64,000 nt of DNA from positions 297-64,296 of the forward strand of contig JBIOUO010000009.1 of the NCBI GenBank assembly GCA_044867195.1. Reading direction: 5' to 3'. The stretch comes from Ilumatobacteraceae bacterium. Lineage in GTDB: Bacteria; Actinomycetota; Acidimicrobiia; Acidimicrobiales; Ilumatobacteraceae. The notes beneath the pieces were generated by a model. The model searched no databases. It saw nothing but the letters and a program-made list of their open reading frames with translations, and was not told the origin of the DNA. This document shows, piece after piece, positions 9,195 through 18,189 of the stretch; position 1 is the first letter of the stretch, and each line of letters opens with the position of its first letter. The translations under genes and the position numbers were made by a program.

Positions 9195-10619
9195 GTGGTG
9201 GTCGCTGCCGGCTCGCCGCTCCGGCTCCATCCGGATCGGTTGTTGCCGCCAGATCCGGCCGAGCGGGCGATCGCCCGGAGGTTGTACTTGGCGGTGCGGG
9301 ATCTGCCGGTGATCTCGCCGCACGGTCATGTCGACGCGCGGTTGCTCGTCGACGACCAGCCGTTCGCCGATCCGGCCACGTTGTTCGTGACGCCGGACCA
9401 CTACGTGACGCGGCTGCTGCACGCCGACGGCGTCGGCCTGGACACCCTTGGTGTCGGTCAGGTCGCGCTGTCGGAGAGTGCTGCCCGCGCGGTGTGGCGT
9501 CAGCTGTGCAGCCGCTGGCATGTCTTTCGGGGCACGCCGGTGCGCTTCTGGTTGGAGGCCGAGCTGGCGGACATCTTCGGCGTCACGGTGCGCCCGTCGG
9601 CGGAGACGGCCGACCTGATCTACGACCAGATCGCCGCTCGCCTGGTCGAGGACGCGTACCGGCCGCGCGCGCTGTACGAGCGGTTCCGCATCAGCGTCCT
9701 GGCGACCACGAACGACCCGTGCGACGATCTCGCCGCCCATGCCGCCCTGGCCGCCGACCCCAGTTGGACGGGCCGCGTGATCCCGACGTTCCGCCCCGAC
9801 AGTTACCTCGAACCTGCTCGTGACGGCTGGGTCGATGACGTCGCCCGTCTGGCCAAGGCGGCTGACGTCGACACCGGCGAATACGGCGGGTACATCGAGG
9901 CGCTCGAAGCGCGGCGCCGGCACTTCATCAACCACGGCGCCACGTCCACTGACCACAGCCACGACGACGCCGGCACCGAGCCGCTCGACGCTGCGGAGGC
10001 GGCGCGCATCTACCGGGCGGCGCTGCAGGGCGACGCCACCTCGGAGCAGACGGTCGCCTTTCGCCGCCACATGCTGTTCGAGATGGCGAGGATGGCCTGC
10101 GACGACGGCCTGGTGATGACGCTGCACCCAGCTGTGCGTCGCAACCACCACTCACCCACGGCCGCCCGCTACGGCGCCGACATCGGCTGCGACATCCCGA
10201 CCCGGATCGAGCTCACCGACGCCCTGCGCCCCCTGCTCGACCGGTTCGGTACCCATCCCGGTTTCCATCTGGTCGTGTTCACGATGGACGAGACGGTGTG
10301 GTCGCGCGAGCTGGCGCCGCTGGCCGGGTTCTACCCGTCGGTGTTCGTGGGCGTGCCGTGGTGGTTCCTGGACGCGCCCGACGCGATCCGCCGGTTCCGC
10401 GCCGCCGTCTCCGAGACGGCCGGGTTCTCCCGCACGTCGGGCTTCGTCGACGACACCCGTGCCTTCTGCTCGATCCCCGCCCGTCACGACCTCTCGCGAC
10501 GCGTCGACGCTGGCATCCTGGCCCGGCTGGTGGTCGAGCACCGCCTCGACGAGGACGAGGCGCTCGACACCTGTGTCAACCTGGTGACGGACCAGCCGAC
10601 CACGGTGTTCAAGCTGTGA
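9195..10619 (+). CDS. uxaC: glucuronate (uronate) isomerase
   Basis: ORF 9105..10619. ARRLYLAVRDLPVISPHGHVD and TPDHYVTRLLHADGV match the UxaC N-terminus. Start is uncertain: GTG at 9195/9198 or ATG at 9105. Confidence 0.9.
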   Translation: MVVAAGSPLRLHPDRLLPPDPAERAIARRLYLAVRDLPVISPHGHVDARLLVDDQPFADPATLFVTPDHYVTRLLHADGVGLDTLGVGQVALSESAARAVWRQLCSRWHVFRGTPVRFWLEAELADIFGVTVRPSAETADLIYDQIAARLVEDAYRPRALYERFRISVLATTNDPCDDLAAHAALAADPSWTGRVIPTFRPDSYLEPARDGWVDDVARLAKAADVDTGEYGGYIEALEARRRHFINHGATSTDHSHDDAGTEPLDAAEAARIYRAALQGDATSEQTVAFRRHMLFEMARMACDDGLVMTLHPAVRRNHHSPTAARYGADIGCDIPTRIELTDALRPLLDRFGTHPGFHLVVFTMDETVWSRELAPLAGFYPSVFVGVPWWFLDAPDAIRRFRAAVSETAGFSRTSGFVDDTRAFCSIPARHDLSRRVDAGILARLVVEHRLDEDEALDTCVNLVTDQPTTVFKL

Positions 10620-12007
10620 CCGCACGGCCGTTGTCGCGGGCCGCCGGCGACGGCCGCCCTGCGGCGCCGGTGCGCCTGGTGCACCTCGGCCTGGGCAACT
10701 TCTTCCGCGCTCACCAGGCGTGGTACACCGACCAAGCACCGGACGCCGAGGAATGGGGCTATGCCGCCTTCACCGGCGTCGGGGTCGCCCCGGCCGATCG
10801 GCTGGGCGCTCAGGACGGGTTGTACACCCTCGTCTCACGAGGCGCGGCGAGCGACAGCTTCGAGGTGATCAGCTCCCTCTCCCAAGTGCACGGCTCCGGC
10901 GAGCACGACGCCTGGCTCGACTGCTTCACCGCCCCCGAGCTGGCCACGGTCACGATCACGGTCACCGAGGCCGGGTATCTCCGCCGCGCCGACGGCAGCC
11001 TCGACACCGACCGGCCCGAGATCCAGGCCGACGTCGAGACGCTGCGGGGCGACCGGTCGGCGCCGGTCCACACCGCCCCGGCCCGGCTAGTGGCCGGGCT
11101 GGACGCGCGGCGGCGCGCCGAGGCCGGCCCGCTGGCGCTGGTGCCGTGCGACAACGTCGCTGGCAACGGCGGCATCGTCGAGCGTGTCGTGCACGACCTG
11201 GCCGATCTCGTCGACCCCGCTCTCGCCGCCTGGCTGGCCGGCTCGGTCTCGGTGGTGACGACCGCGGTGGACCGGATCACGCCGCGGGCCGTCGACGACG
11301 ACGCCCGCGCGGTCGCCGAGGCCACGGGGCGAGCGGACACCAGCCCGGTGGTGACCGAGCCGTTCACGGAGTGGGTGCTCAGCGGGACGTTCCCCGCCGG
11401 GCGGCCGCGCTGGCACGACGTGGGGGCTCGCTTCACCGACGACATCGTCCCGTTCGAGCAGCGCAAGCTGTGGCTGCTCAACGGGGCGCACTCGCTGCTC
11501 GCTTACGCCGGATCGATCAGAGGCCACCACACGGTGGCCGACGCGGTCGGCGACGACACATGCCGGTCGTGGGTGCAGCAGTGGTGGGCAGAGGCGTCGT
11601 CCCACCTCGACCAACCCGGCGCGGAGGTCGCCGCCTACCAGCAGGCGCTGCTCGAGCGCTTCGCCAACACCCGCATCCGCCACCTGCTGGCCCAGATCGC
11701 CGCCGACGGCTCGCAGAAGCTGCCGATCCGGGTCTTGCCGGTGCTGCGGGCGGAACGGGCGGCGGGCCGTCCGGCCACCGCCGCCACCCGCATCGTGGCC
11801 GCCTGGCTCTGTCACCTGCGCGGAATGGGAGCAGCGATCAGCGACGCCCGCTCCGACGCCGTTGCGCCACTCGCCACAGGCCCGATCGCCGACGCGGTGC
11901 ACAACGTTCTCGCCTTCCTCGACCCCGGGCTCGTGGACGACGCCAACGTGGTGGCCGACACGATCAGCCACAGCGACGAGCTCGCCCGCCAGTGGAAGGA
12001 TCGGTGA
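10616..12007 (+). CDS. uxuB: mannitol-dehydrogenase-family oxidoreductase (fructuronate reductase / D-mannonate oxidoreductase-like)
   Basis: In-frame part of ORF 10298..12007, starting at GTG 10616, which overlaps the uxaC TGA. LVHLGLGNFFRAHQAWYT is the UxuB/mannitol-2-dehydrogenase-type N-terminal motif. Length 463 aa. Confidence 0.8.
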   Translation: MTARPLSRAAGDGRPAAPVRLVHLGLGNFFRAHQAWYTDQAPDAEEWGYAAFTGVGVAPADRLGAQDGLYTLVSRGAASDSFEVISSLSQVHGSGEHDAWLDCFTAPELATVTITVTEAGYLRRADGSLDTDRPEIQADVETLRGDRSAPVHTAPARLVAGLDARRRAEAGPLALVPCDNVAGNGGIVERVVHDLADLVDPALAAWLAGSVSVVTTAVDRITPRAVDDDARAVAEATGRADTSPVVTEPFTEWVLSGTFPAGRPRWHDVGARFTDDIVPFEQRKLWLLNGAHSLLAYAGSIRGHHTVADAVGDDTCRSWVQQWWAEASSHLDQPGAEVAAYQQALLERFANTRIRHLLAQIAADGSQKLPIRVLPVLRAERAAGRPATAATRIVAAWLCHLRGMGAAISDARSDAVAPLATGPIADAVHNVLAFLDPGLVDDANVVADTISHSDELARQWKDR

Positions 12008-13605
12008 TGCCACCCTCACCGGTGGTCATCGGCCTCGACGTCGGCACCACTGGCGTCAAGGCGGCAGCGTTCCGAACCGGATCGTCGGACCACCACGTGG
12101 CCATCCGCGAGTACCCGCTGCTCGAACCGGCGCCCGGTCAGCACGTGCAGGACCCCGACACCGTCCTCGCCGCTTCAATCGGCGCCTTGGCCGACTGCCT
12201 CGCCGGCACCGGCGATGCACCGGTGGCTGCCATCTCGACCAGCACAGCCATGCACGGGCTCGTGGCCATTGACCGCGACCACAGACCGCTCACGCCGCTG
12301 GTGACGTGGGCCGACGGTCGTGCCCGCGAGGAGGCTCGCTCCCTTCGCCGATCAGGTCTGGCCGCCGAGCTGCACACCGCCACGGGTGTTCCCGTCCACC
12401 CGATGACGCCGCTCACCAAGCTGATGTGGTTCGCCCGCCACGACCCCGCGACGTGGGCGGCGGCCCGGTGGTGGATCGGGCTCAAGGACTATGTGCTGCT
12501 CGGGCTCACCGGAACACTGGTCACCGAGCTGTCCTCGGCATCCGGCACCGGGCTCCTCGACCTGTCCACTCGCACGTGGAGCCCACTCGCACTCGACGTC
12601 TGCCGCATGTCCGCCGACCGCCTCCCCCAGATCCTGCCCACCACGGCGACGCTGGGTCTGGCGGCCGAGCCGGCTCGCCAGCTCGGCCTGGCCGCCGGCA
12701 CGCCGGTGGTGGTCGGCGCCGGCGACGGCCCGCTGGGCAATCTCGGTGTCGGCGCGATGGCACCAAGGGTCGCCGGCCTCTCGCTGGGCACGAGCGGCGC
12801 CGTGCGCATCGCGGTCGGCCCCCCTCGGGTCGACACCGACGGCGCGCTGTTTTGCTATGCCCTGACGGAATCCGAGTGGGTGCTCGGCGGCGCGATCAGC
12901 AATGGTGGCAGCGTATTGCGCTGGGTCGGGGACGCCCTGCTCCCCGATGTCGTCGCCGCTGCGGCCGCGTCCGGCGTCAACGCGGATGACGCCGTGCTCG
13001 ACCTGGCGGGCGGCGTCGCGCCCGGGAGTGACGGCTTGGTGATGCTCCCCTACCTGCTCCCCGAGCGCGCCCCGCTGTGGGATCCCGACCTGCCCGGCGC
13101 CTACATCGGGTTGCACAGCCGCCACACCCGAGCGCACATGGTGCGCGCCGCGGTGGAAGGCGTGTGTCTGCAGCTGCGGCTGATCGTCGATGCGCTCGAT
13201 GCCGTCGAGCCGGTGACGTCAGTGCGGGCCACCGGCGGCGCGTTCCGGGCGCCACTGTGGCGCGAACTCGTGGCGGCGACGATCGGGCGCCCGCTCGTGG
13301 TGGTCGAGGGCTCGGAGGGCACGGCGCTGGGCGCGGCCGCACTCGGCGTCGTCGCCCTAGGGTGGGCACCAACGCCGGTCGATGCGGTGGCTCAGGTCGG
13401 CGACCCTGACGCCGCCGAGCCACGCCCAGTCGACCCCGACCCCGAGGCCGTCGCCGTCTATGACATCCTGCGGGCGTCGCTGCCGGCACTGGTGGCCGAC
13501 CTCGCATCGGTGGCCCCGGCGTTCGGCCGCCGCGAACCCGCCGTCGCCCAACGCGATGGAGGAGGGCGATGCGCGTCGGCACCGAGCGCCACCGACCCGT
13601 CGTGA
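12007..13605 (+). CDS. FGGY-family carbohydrate kinase, gluconokinase-like
   Basis: C-terminal 532 codons of ORF 10720..13605. The ATG at 12007 overlaps the uxuB stop. Contains VVIGLDVGTTGVKAA, EYPLLEPAPGQHVQDPD and VVVGAGDGPLGNLG. The upstream 429 codons of the ORF are Arg/Gly/Pro-rich and overlap uxuB in another frame. Confidence 0.85.
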   Translation: MPPSPVVIGLDVGTTGVKAAAFRTGSSDHHVAIREYPLLEPAPGQHVQDPDTVLAASIGALADCLAGTGDAPVAAISTSTAMHGLVAIDRDHRPLTPLVTWADGRAREEARSLRRSGLAAELHTATGVPVHPMTPLTKLMWFARHDPATWAAARWWIGLKDYVLLGLTGTLVTELSSASGTGLLDLSTRTWSPLALDVCRMSADRLPQILPTTATLGLAAEPARQLGLAAGTPVVVGAGDGPLGNLGVGAMAPRVAGLSLGTSGAVRIAVGPPRVDTDGALFCYALTESEWVLGGAISNGGSVLRWVGDALLPDVVAAAAASGVNADDAVLDLAGGVAPGSDGLVMLPYLLPERAPLWDPDLPGAYIGLHSRHTRAHMVRAAVEGVCLQLRLIVDALDAVEPVTSVRATGGAFRAPLWRELVAATIGRPLVVVEGSEGTALGAAALGVVALGWAPTPVDAVAQVGDPDAAEPRPVDPDPEAVAVYDILRASLPALVADLASVAPAFGRREPAVAQRDGGGRCASAPSATDPS

Positions 13606-13788
13606 CGTGGCGACCACGTCGGTGGTCGGGTCGAGGAGCCATTGCACCTGCCGTTCGTACATCATCGTCTGGCAGTGGCGTGCCGCCTCGTCGATGTCGA
13701 GGTCGGCGCGGGCCAGCCCTTGCTCGACGGCCGCCGCGATCATGGTTCGGATCGGTCCGATCACCATGCGACTCGGGCGCTCCGTCAC
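13597..13788 (-). pseudogene. possible remnant of a TetR-family regulator (C-terminal ligand-domain fragment only)
   Basis: First ~64 codons of ORF 13357..13788 read VIGPIRTMIAAAVEQGLARADLDIDEAARHCQTMMYERQVQWLLDP, which is TetR_C-like. No HTH-coding part exists upstream, because uidA starts at 13859. The rest of the ORF overlaps the kinase gene. Confidence 0.3.
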
Positions 13789-13858
13789 CGGAGCGGGCGA
13801 TGACGCGCTGCTGGTTCAGAGGCCGGGTCCCGGCATTCAGTAGACCAAGGAGGTCCCC

Positions 13859-15649
13859 ATGCTGCGCCCACAGGACACGCCCACTCGCGACCGGAAGCGC
13901 CTCGACGGCATCTGGTCGTTTCGGTTCGACGAGGACGACGCCGGGATCGCCCAAGGGTGGCACACCGCGCCGCTCGACGGAGCGCGATCAATGGCAGTTC
14001 CGGCGTCGTACAACGACATCTTCACAGAACTCGCCTCGCGCGACTACGTCGGCGCGGTGTGGTACCAGACCGAGGCGTTCGTCCCCCGGGGTTGGGCCGG
14101 CGAGCGCGTCGTGTTGCACTTCGAGTCCGCCACCCACAGCGCGATCGTGTTCGTCGGAGACGTCGAGGCGGCGCGTCATCGGGGTGGCTACCTTCCGTTC
14201 GAAGCCGACATCACCGAGCACGTCACGCCGGGCGCGCCGATCCGGATCACCGTCCGGATCGACAACACGCTCACGTGGCAGACGATCCCGCCCGGCGTCG
14301 TCACCGTGTCCGAATCGGGGGAGCGTGCGCAGCGCTATTTCCACGACTTCTTCAACTACGCCGGCATCCACCGATCGATCTGGCTGACAGCCCGCCCCGA
14401 GCAGGCGATCAACGACATCACCATCGTCACCGATCTCGATGGCACCACGGGTTTCGTCGATTACACGATCGCGACCATCGGCGGCCCTGCCGATGTCGGG
14501 GTGACGGTCCGTGGGGCTGACGGTACCGTCGTCGCCGGCGCGACCGGTGCGACCGGTCGCCTCATGATCGAGGACGTGGTGCCGTGGCAAGTCGGGCGCG
14601 GCCATCTGTACGACCTCGAGGTGCGCCTGGCCGAAGGTGACGCGCTGATCGATGAGTACCACGTCAACGTCGGAGTTCGCACCGTCGCCATCGACGGGGC
14701 ACGACTCCTCGTCAACGGCGAGCCCGTCTACCTGCGCGGGTTCGGGATGCACGAGGATCACATCACGCTCGGCAAGGGCCACAACGCCGCGATGTGGCTC
14801 CGCGATGTCGAGTGCTTGAAGTGGATCGGGGCCAACTCGTTCCGCACCTCCCACTACCCGTACAGCGAGGACGTGCTCGACCTCGCCGACCGCGAGGGCC
14901 TCCTCGTGATCGACGAGACGCCAGCGGTCGGCATGAACACCGGCCTTGCCGGCGGGATCTTCTCGACGGAGAGCTACCCGACCTTCTCCGCCGACACGAT
15001 CAACGACGAGACGCAGGCGATCCACGCCGACGTCATTCGCGACCTCATCGCCCGCGACAAGAACCATCCATCGGTGGTGATCTGGTCGATCGCCAACGAG
15101 CCGGAGTCGCACACCGAGGCGTCCGAGGAGTACTTCCGCCCGCTGCTCGACATCGCCCGCGCCTCGGACCCGCAGCACCGCCCGGTCGGGTTCGTGAACG
15201 TGATGCTCGCACCGCACGGGGCGTGCCGGGTGACGCCACTGTGCGATCTCGTGATGATCAACCGCTACTGGGGCTGGTACGTGCAAACCGGCGACCTCGC
15301 GTCGGCGACGGTTGCCGCCCGTGAGGAGCTCGCCGGATGGGCGGGCGAGGGCAAGCCGATCATCGTCACCGAATACGGAGCCGACACCGAGCCCGGGATG
15401 CACCGGCTTCCCGCCGACCCGTGGTCGGAGGAATATCAGGTCGACTACCTCGACGCGATGCACGCCGTCTTCGACGAGTTCGCCGAAGTCATCGGCGAGC
15501 ACATCTGGAACTTCGCCGACTTTGCCACGCGTTCGGGGATCATGCGTGTCGGCGGAAACAAGAAGGGCGTGTTCACGCGGGACCGTCAACCGAAGATGTC
15601 CGCCCACCATGTCCGTCGCCGCTGGCGGGCGGCGCCGCGCAGCGGCTGA
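13859..15649 (+). CDS. uidA: GH2 beta-glucuronidase
   Basis: 596 aa. The N-terminus MLRPQDTPTRDRKRLDGIWSFRFD...AVPASYNDIF...VWYQTEAFVPRGWAGERVVL is collinear with E. coli UidA. Contains WSIANEP and TEYGAD catalytic regions. Confidence 0.92.
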   Translation: MLRPQDTPTRDRKRLDGIWSFRFDEDDAGIAQGWHTAPLDGARSMAVPASYNDIFTELASRDYVGAVWYQTEAFVPRGWAGERVVLHFESATHSAIVFVGDVEAARHRGGYLPFEADITEHVTPGAPIRITVRIDNTLTWQTIPPGVVTVSESGERAQRYFHDFFNYAGIHRSIWLTARPEQAINDITIVTDLDGTTGFVDYTIATIGGPADVGVTVRGADGTVVAGATGATGRLMIEDVVPWQVGRGHLYDLEVRLAEGDALIDEYHVNVGVRTVAIDGARLLVNGEPVYLRGFGMHEDHITLGKGHNAAMWLRDVECLKWIGANSFRTSHYPYSEDVLDLADREGLLVIDETPAVGMNTGLAGGIFSTESYPTFSADTINDETQAIHADVIRDLIARDKNHPSVVIWSIANEPESHTEASEEYFRPLLDIARASDPQHRPVGFVNVMLAPHGACRVTPLCDLVMINRYWGWYVQTGDLASATVAAREELAGWAGEGKPIIVTEYGADTEPGMHRLPADPWSEEYQVDYLDAMHAVFDEFAEVIGEHIWNFADFATRSGIMRVGGNKKGVFTRDRQPKMSAHHVRRRWRAAPRSG

Positions 15650-15799
15650 GGTCGACACCGGCCGGCGGCGCATCGATGTCGACCCGGTTCAGAGCCGTTG
15701 ACACTGGCCGGCCCAGGACGTGGTCGTTTGCACTGGCCGGTGAACGTCGAGTCGTTCTGCCGCGCTGACCGACCGTGCACCCGGCGATCGGCGACCGCT

Positions 15800-15945
15800 G
15801 GGTGGGACCACGACCACGAGACAGGGTGCGCGCCGCTCGAGTTGCTGACTCACGGACCCGAGCAGCATGCTGTCCAAGGCGCCGCGGCCGCGACCCCGCG
15901 ACCAACGAGATAGGCGACCGTGGTGGCATCGCAGCAGGAGCGACG
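15800..15945 (-). pseudogene. possible universal-stress-protein (USP) remnant, frameshifted
   Basis: Frame of ORF 15689..16162 gives GRGRGALDSMLLGSVSQQLERRAPCLVVVVP, a USP C-terminal signature. The adjacent frame (ORF 15573..15977) gives ISLVAGSRPRR just upstream. Together these look like ...LVAGSRGRGAL..LLGSVS...PVVVV split by a 1-nt indel. There is too little room for a full USP before the larA-like gene. Confidence 0.3.
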
Positions 15946-16149
15946 GCCGGACTGGCGGAGACCGAGGCACGGCGCACGGCGCTGGCCTCGCTGGTGCCGA
16001 TGGGCTCTCCACGATCAGCCGGCTGCCCCGCGGCGTTCCGTGGCAGCTACTCACTGGCATGCTGGCGGAAGCGGGCAGTGTCCCGATCGAGGCCAGGACT
16101 AGGGTGCCGTTGGTCATCGCCTGGCCCCGCCGGGCGTTGGCGGAGGGTG

Positions 16150-17517
16150 ATGCCGATGGCAAGAATCACGAGTCCTGAGGCCCCAGCGGTCCCCGTCGCC
16201 CATATCGGCGGTGCTGGCGTGGTCCTGGGCGACGACCAGGTGCGGGCCTTCGTCCTCGCCCAGCTCGAGGCGGTCGCGCTCGATGGCCGCAGTGTGTGCG
16301 TGCTCGTGCCCGACGCGACGCGTACCTGCCCGCTGCCGCTGCTGGTGTCCGCGATCCACGACGCGCTGCGCGGTCGCGTGTCCAAGCTCACGGTGCTGGT
16401 GGCGCTGGGAACCCACGCCGCGATGGACCAAGCGGCTCTCGCCGAACTCCTGGGGTATCGCCCCGGAGCGCTGGCCGAGCACTATCCGGGCATGGCGGTG
16501 CGCAACCACGAATGGTGGGACCACGGCACGTTTGCCGCCGTCGGCACGATCCCCGCCGAGCGCATCGCCGAGCTGTCCGAGGGGATGCTGCGCCAGAGCC
16601 TGGACGTCCGCATCAATCGGGCCGTCCTGGACCACGACGTCACGCTGATCGTCGGTCCCGTGTTCCCGCACGAGGTGGTGGGGTTCTCCGGCGGCAACAA
16701 GTACCTGTTCCCCGGGATCGGGGGCCGGGAGGTGATCGACGTCTCCCACTGGTTGGGCGCGCTGATCACGAGCGCCGAGATCATCGGCGTGCGCGGCGTC
16801 ACCCCGGTTCGCGCACTCATCGACGACGCCGCCGCGCTCGTGCCGGGAGAGCGGCTGGCGCTGTGCGTGGTGACCCGCAGCGGCACCCAGTTCGTGGGCG
16901 AAGACTGGAACATGGAGGAGCAGCAGCCGGACCCGCACGCGGCCACCCACGGGCACCAGGTCGCCCTGCACGCCGCCACGTTCGGCGAACCGCGGGCGGC
17001 CTGGGCCGCCGCGGCTGAGATTTCAGCGCAGACCCATGTCCGCTATCTCGAGCGGCCGGTGCGCCGGGTCCTCTCCCTCGTGCCCTCCCGGTACGACGAC
17101 ATCTGGACCGGTGCCAAGGGCTTCTACAAGGTCGAACCGGTTGTTGCCGACGGCGGCCAAGTCGTCCTCCACGCCCCGCACATCCGCCAGATCAGCGCCA
17201 TGCACCCTCAGATCGCGGCCATCGGCTACCACTGCCGCGACTACTTCGTCAAGCAATGGGATCGCTTCAGGGACGTCCCCTGGGGCGACCTCGCCCACTC
17301 CACGCACCTGCGCGGCGCCGGCACCTATGACCAGAGCACCGGTCGGGAACACGACCGGGTGACGGTCACCCTCGCCACCGCGATCCCGGAAGCGGAGGTG
17401 AGGGCGGTCAACCTCGACTACCTCGACCCAGCGTCTGTCGATCCGGAGGGCTGGGCCCGGGACCCGGACACGATGGTGGTTCCCAACGCCGGAGAGGATC
17501 TCTACCGCTTGCGCTGA
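16150..17517 (+). CDS. LarA-family (lactate racemase N-terminal domain / DUF2088) protein, putative Ni-pincer-dependent 2-hydroxyacid racemase/epimerase
   Basis: In-frame part of ORF 15775..17517, from ATG 16150 (or 16156, MARITSPE). Contains VCVLVPDATR, LVALGTHAAM and FPHEVVGFSGGNKYLFPGIGG. Its 455-aa length is similar to LarA. Confidence 0.85.
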   Translation: MPMARITSPEAPAVPVAHIGGAGVVLGDDQVRAFVLAQLEAVALDGRSVCVLVPDATRTCPLPLLVSAIHDALRGRVSKLTVLVALGTHAAMDQAALAELLGYRPGALAEHYPGMAVRNHEWWDHGTFAAVGTIPAERIAELSEGMLRQSLDVRINRAVLDHDVTLIVGPVFPHEVVGFSGGNKYLFPGIGGREVIDVSHWLGALITSAEIIGVRGVTPVRALIDDAAALVPGERLALCVVTRSGTQFVGEDWNMEEQQPDPHAATHGHQVALHAATFGEPRAAWAAAAEISAQTHVRYLERPVRRVLSLVPSRYDDIWTGAKGFYKVEPVVADGGQVVLHAPHIRQISAMHPQIAAIGYHCRDYFVKQWDRFRDVPWGDLAHSTHLRGAGTYDQSTGREHDRVTVTLATAIPEAEVRAVNLDYLDPASVDPEGWARDPDTMVVPNAGEDLYRLR

Positions 17518-17769
17518 TGATCGGCGGCCGTCTGCGAGGGATGGGGCTGCACGCCGGGGGGACCAATGACGACCGAGCCAGCGCCGGCGCAGGACCAGAT
17601 CTGCTCGATGAGAATCGATCCAGCGGATCCACGCCGAGTTGTTCCAGCACGGCGTCGCCGTCGCCGAACGCCCGATCCGCACGCCGTCGACCCGGCAGTG
17701 GTTGGCCGGCGACGGGGTCATCTTGACTCCCGCCGCTCCCAACGGATCGCCGTCAGGTACGCGATGATC

Positions 17770-17808
17770 GACGCCACCGACGCCACCGACGCCACCGACG
17801 CCACCGAC
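17770..17808. repeat. 9-bp tandem repeat (GACGCCACC) x 4.3
   Basis: Read directly from ...atc GACGCCACC GACGCCACC GACGCCACC GACGCCACC GAC acg. It lies in a stretch with no convincing gene. Confidence 0.9.
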
Positions 17809-18189
17809 ACGGCCGCACTGCCTTTGAAGGAGCACCTGCAACGTTTCGCGATGCGTCAACGGGCGTGCCGCGCGCTGGTCGACGACGTTCTGCCAGCGAC
17901 GACGGCCCAAATCGCTCACCTCAACATCACCGGTCTCTACTGCGGTGGGCTCCGGTCAGCGCCTTGCCCGCGAGCGTTCACGCTGGAGGCCTCATAACAC
18001 TGACGCGACCGCGCTTCCCACCGGGGGGCCATCCAGTTCCGATTGTTGTCACCGACGGCACGACGTTCGTCGCGGACCGAGGAACGCAGAGCGCCCCCAC
18101 GCCGCCATCCGGCCCATAGCCCATCTGCACCCGCCCTCGGGCTGGATCCCTCGTCCTCACCGACGAGCACCGCGCCGGATTCGAAAGGT

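Noticed and set aside
10720-12006. 429-codon upstream extension of the FGGY kinase ORF
   Set aside because: The translation is Arg/Gly/Pro-rich. It overlaps the uxuB-like gene in another frame. The kinase family N-terminus begins at 12007.
13357-13596. 3' two-thirds of ORF 13357..13788
   Set aside because: It overlaps the end of the FGGY kinase gene on the opposite strand and loses all TetR-like character. Only the first ~64 codons are considered a possible gene remnant.
17023-17919. 298-aa minus-strand ORF with a (GGV)4 repeat
   Set aside because: More than half of it is antisense to the larA-like gene. The remainder is low complexity, and the repeat is simply the reverse reading of GACGCCACC x4.
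17764-17997. 77-codon ORF MIDATDATDATDATDTAALPLKEHLQRF... containing the 9-bp repeat
   Set aside because: It has no ribosome-binding site, mediocre third-position GC and no recognisable similarity. I cannot support it as a gene.
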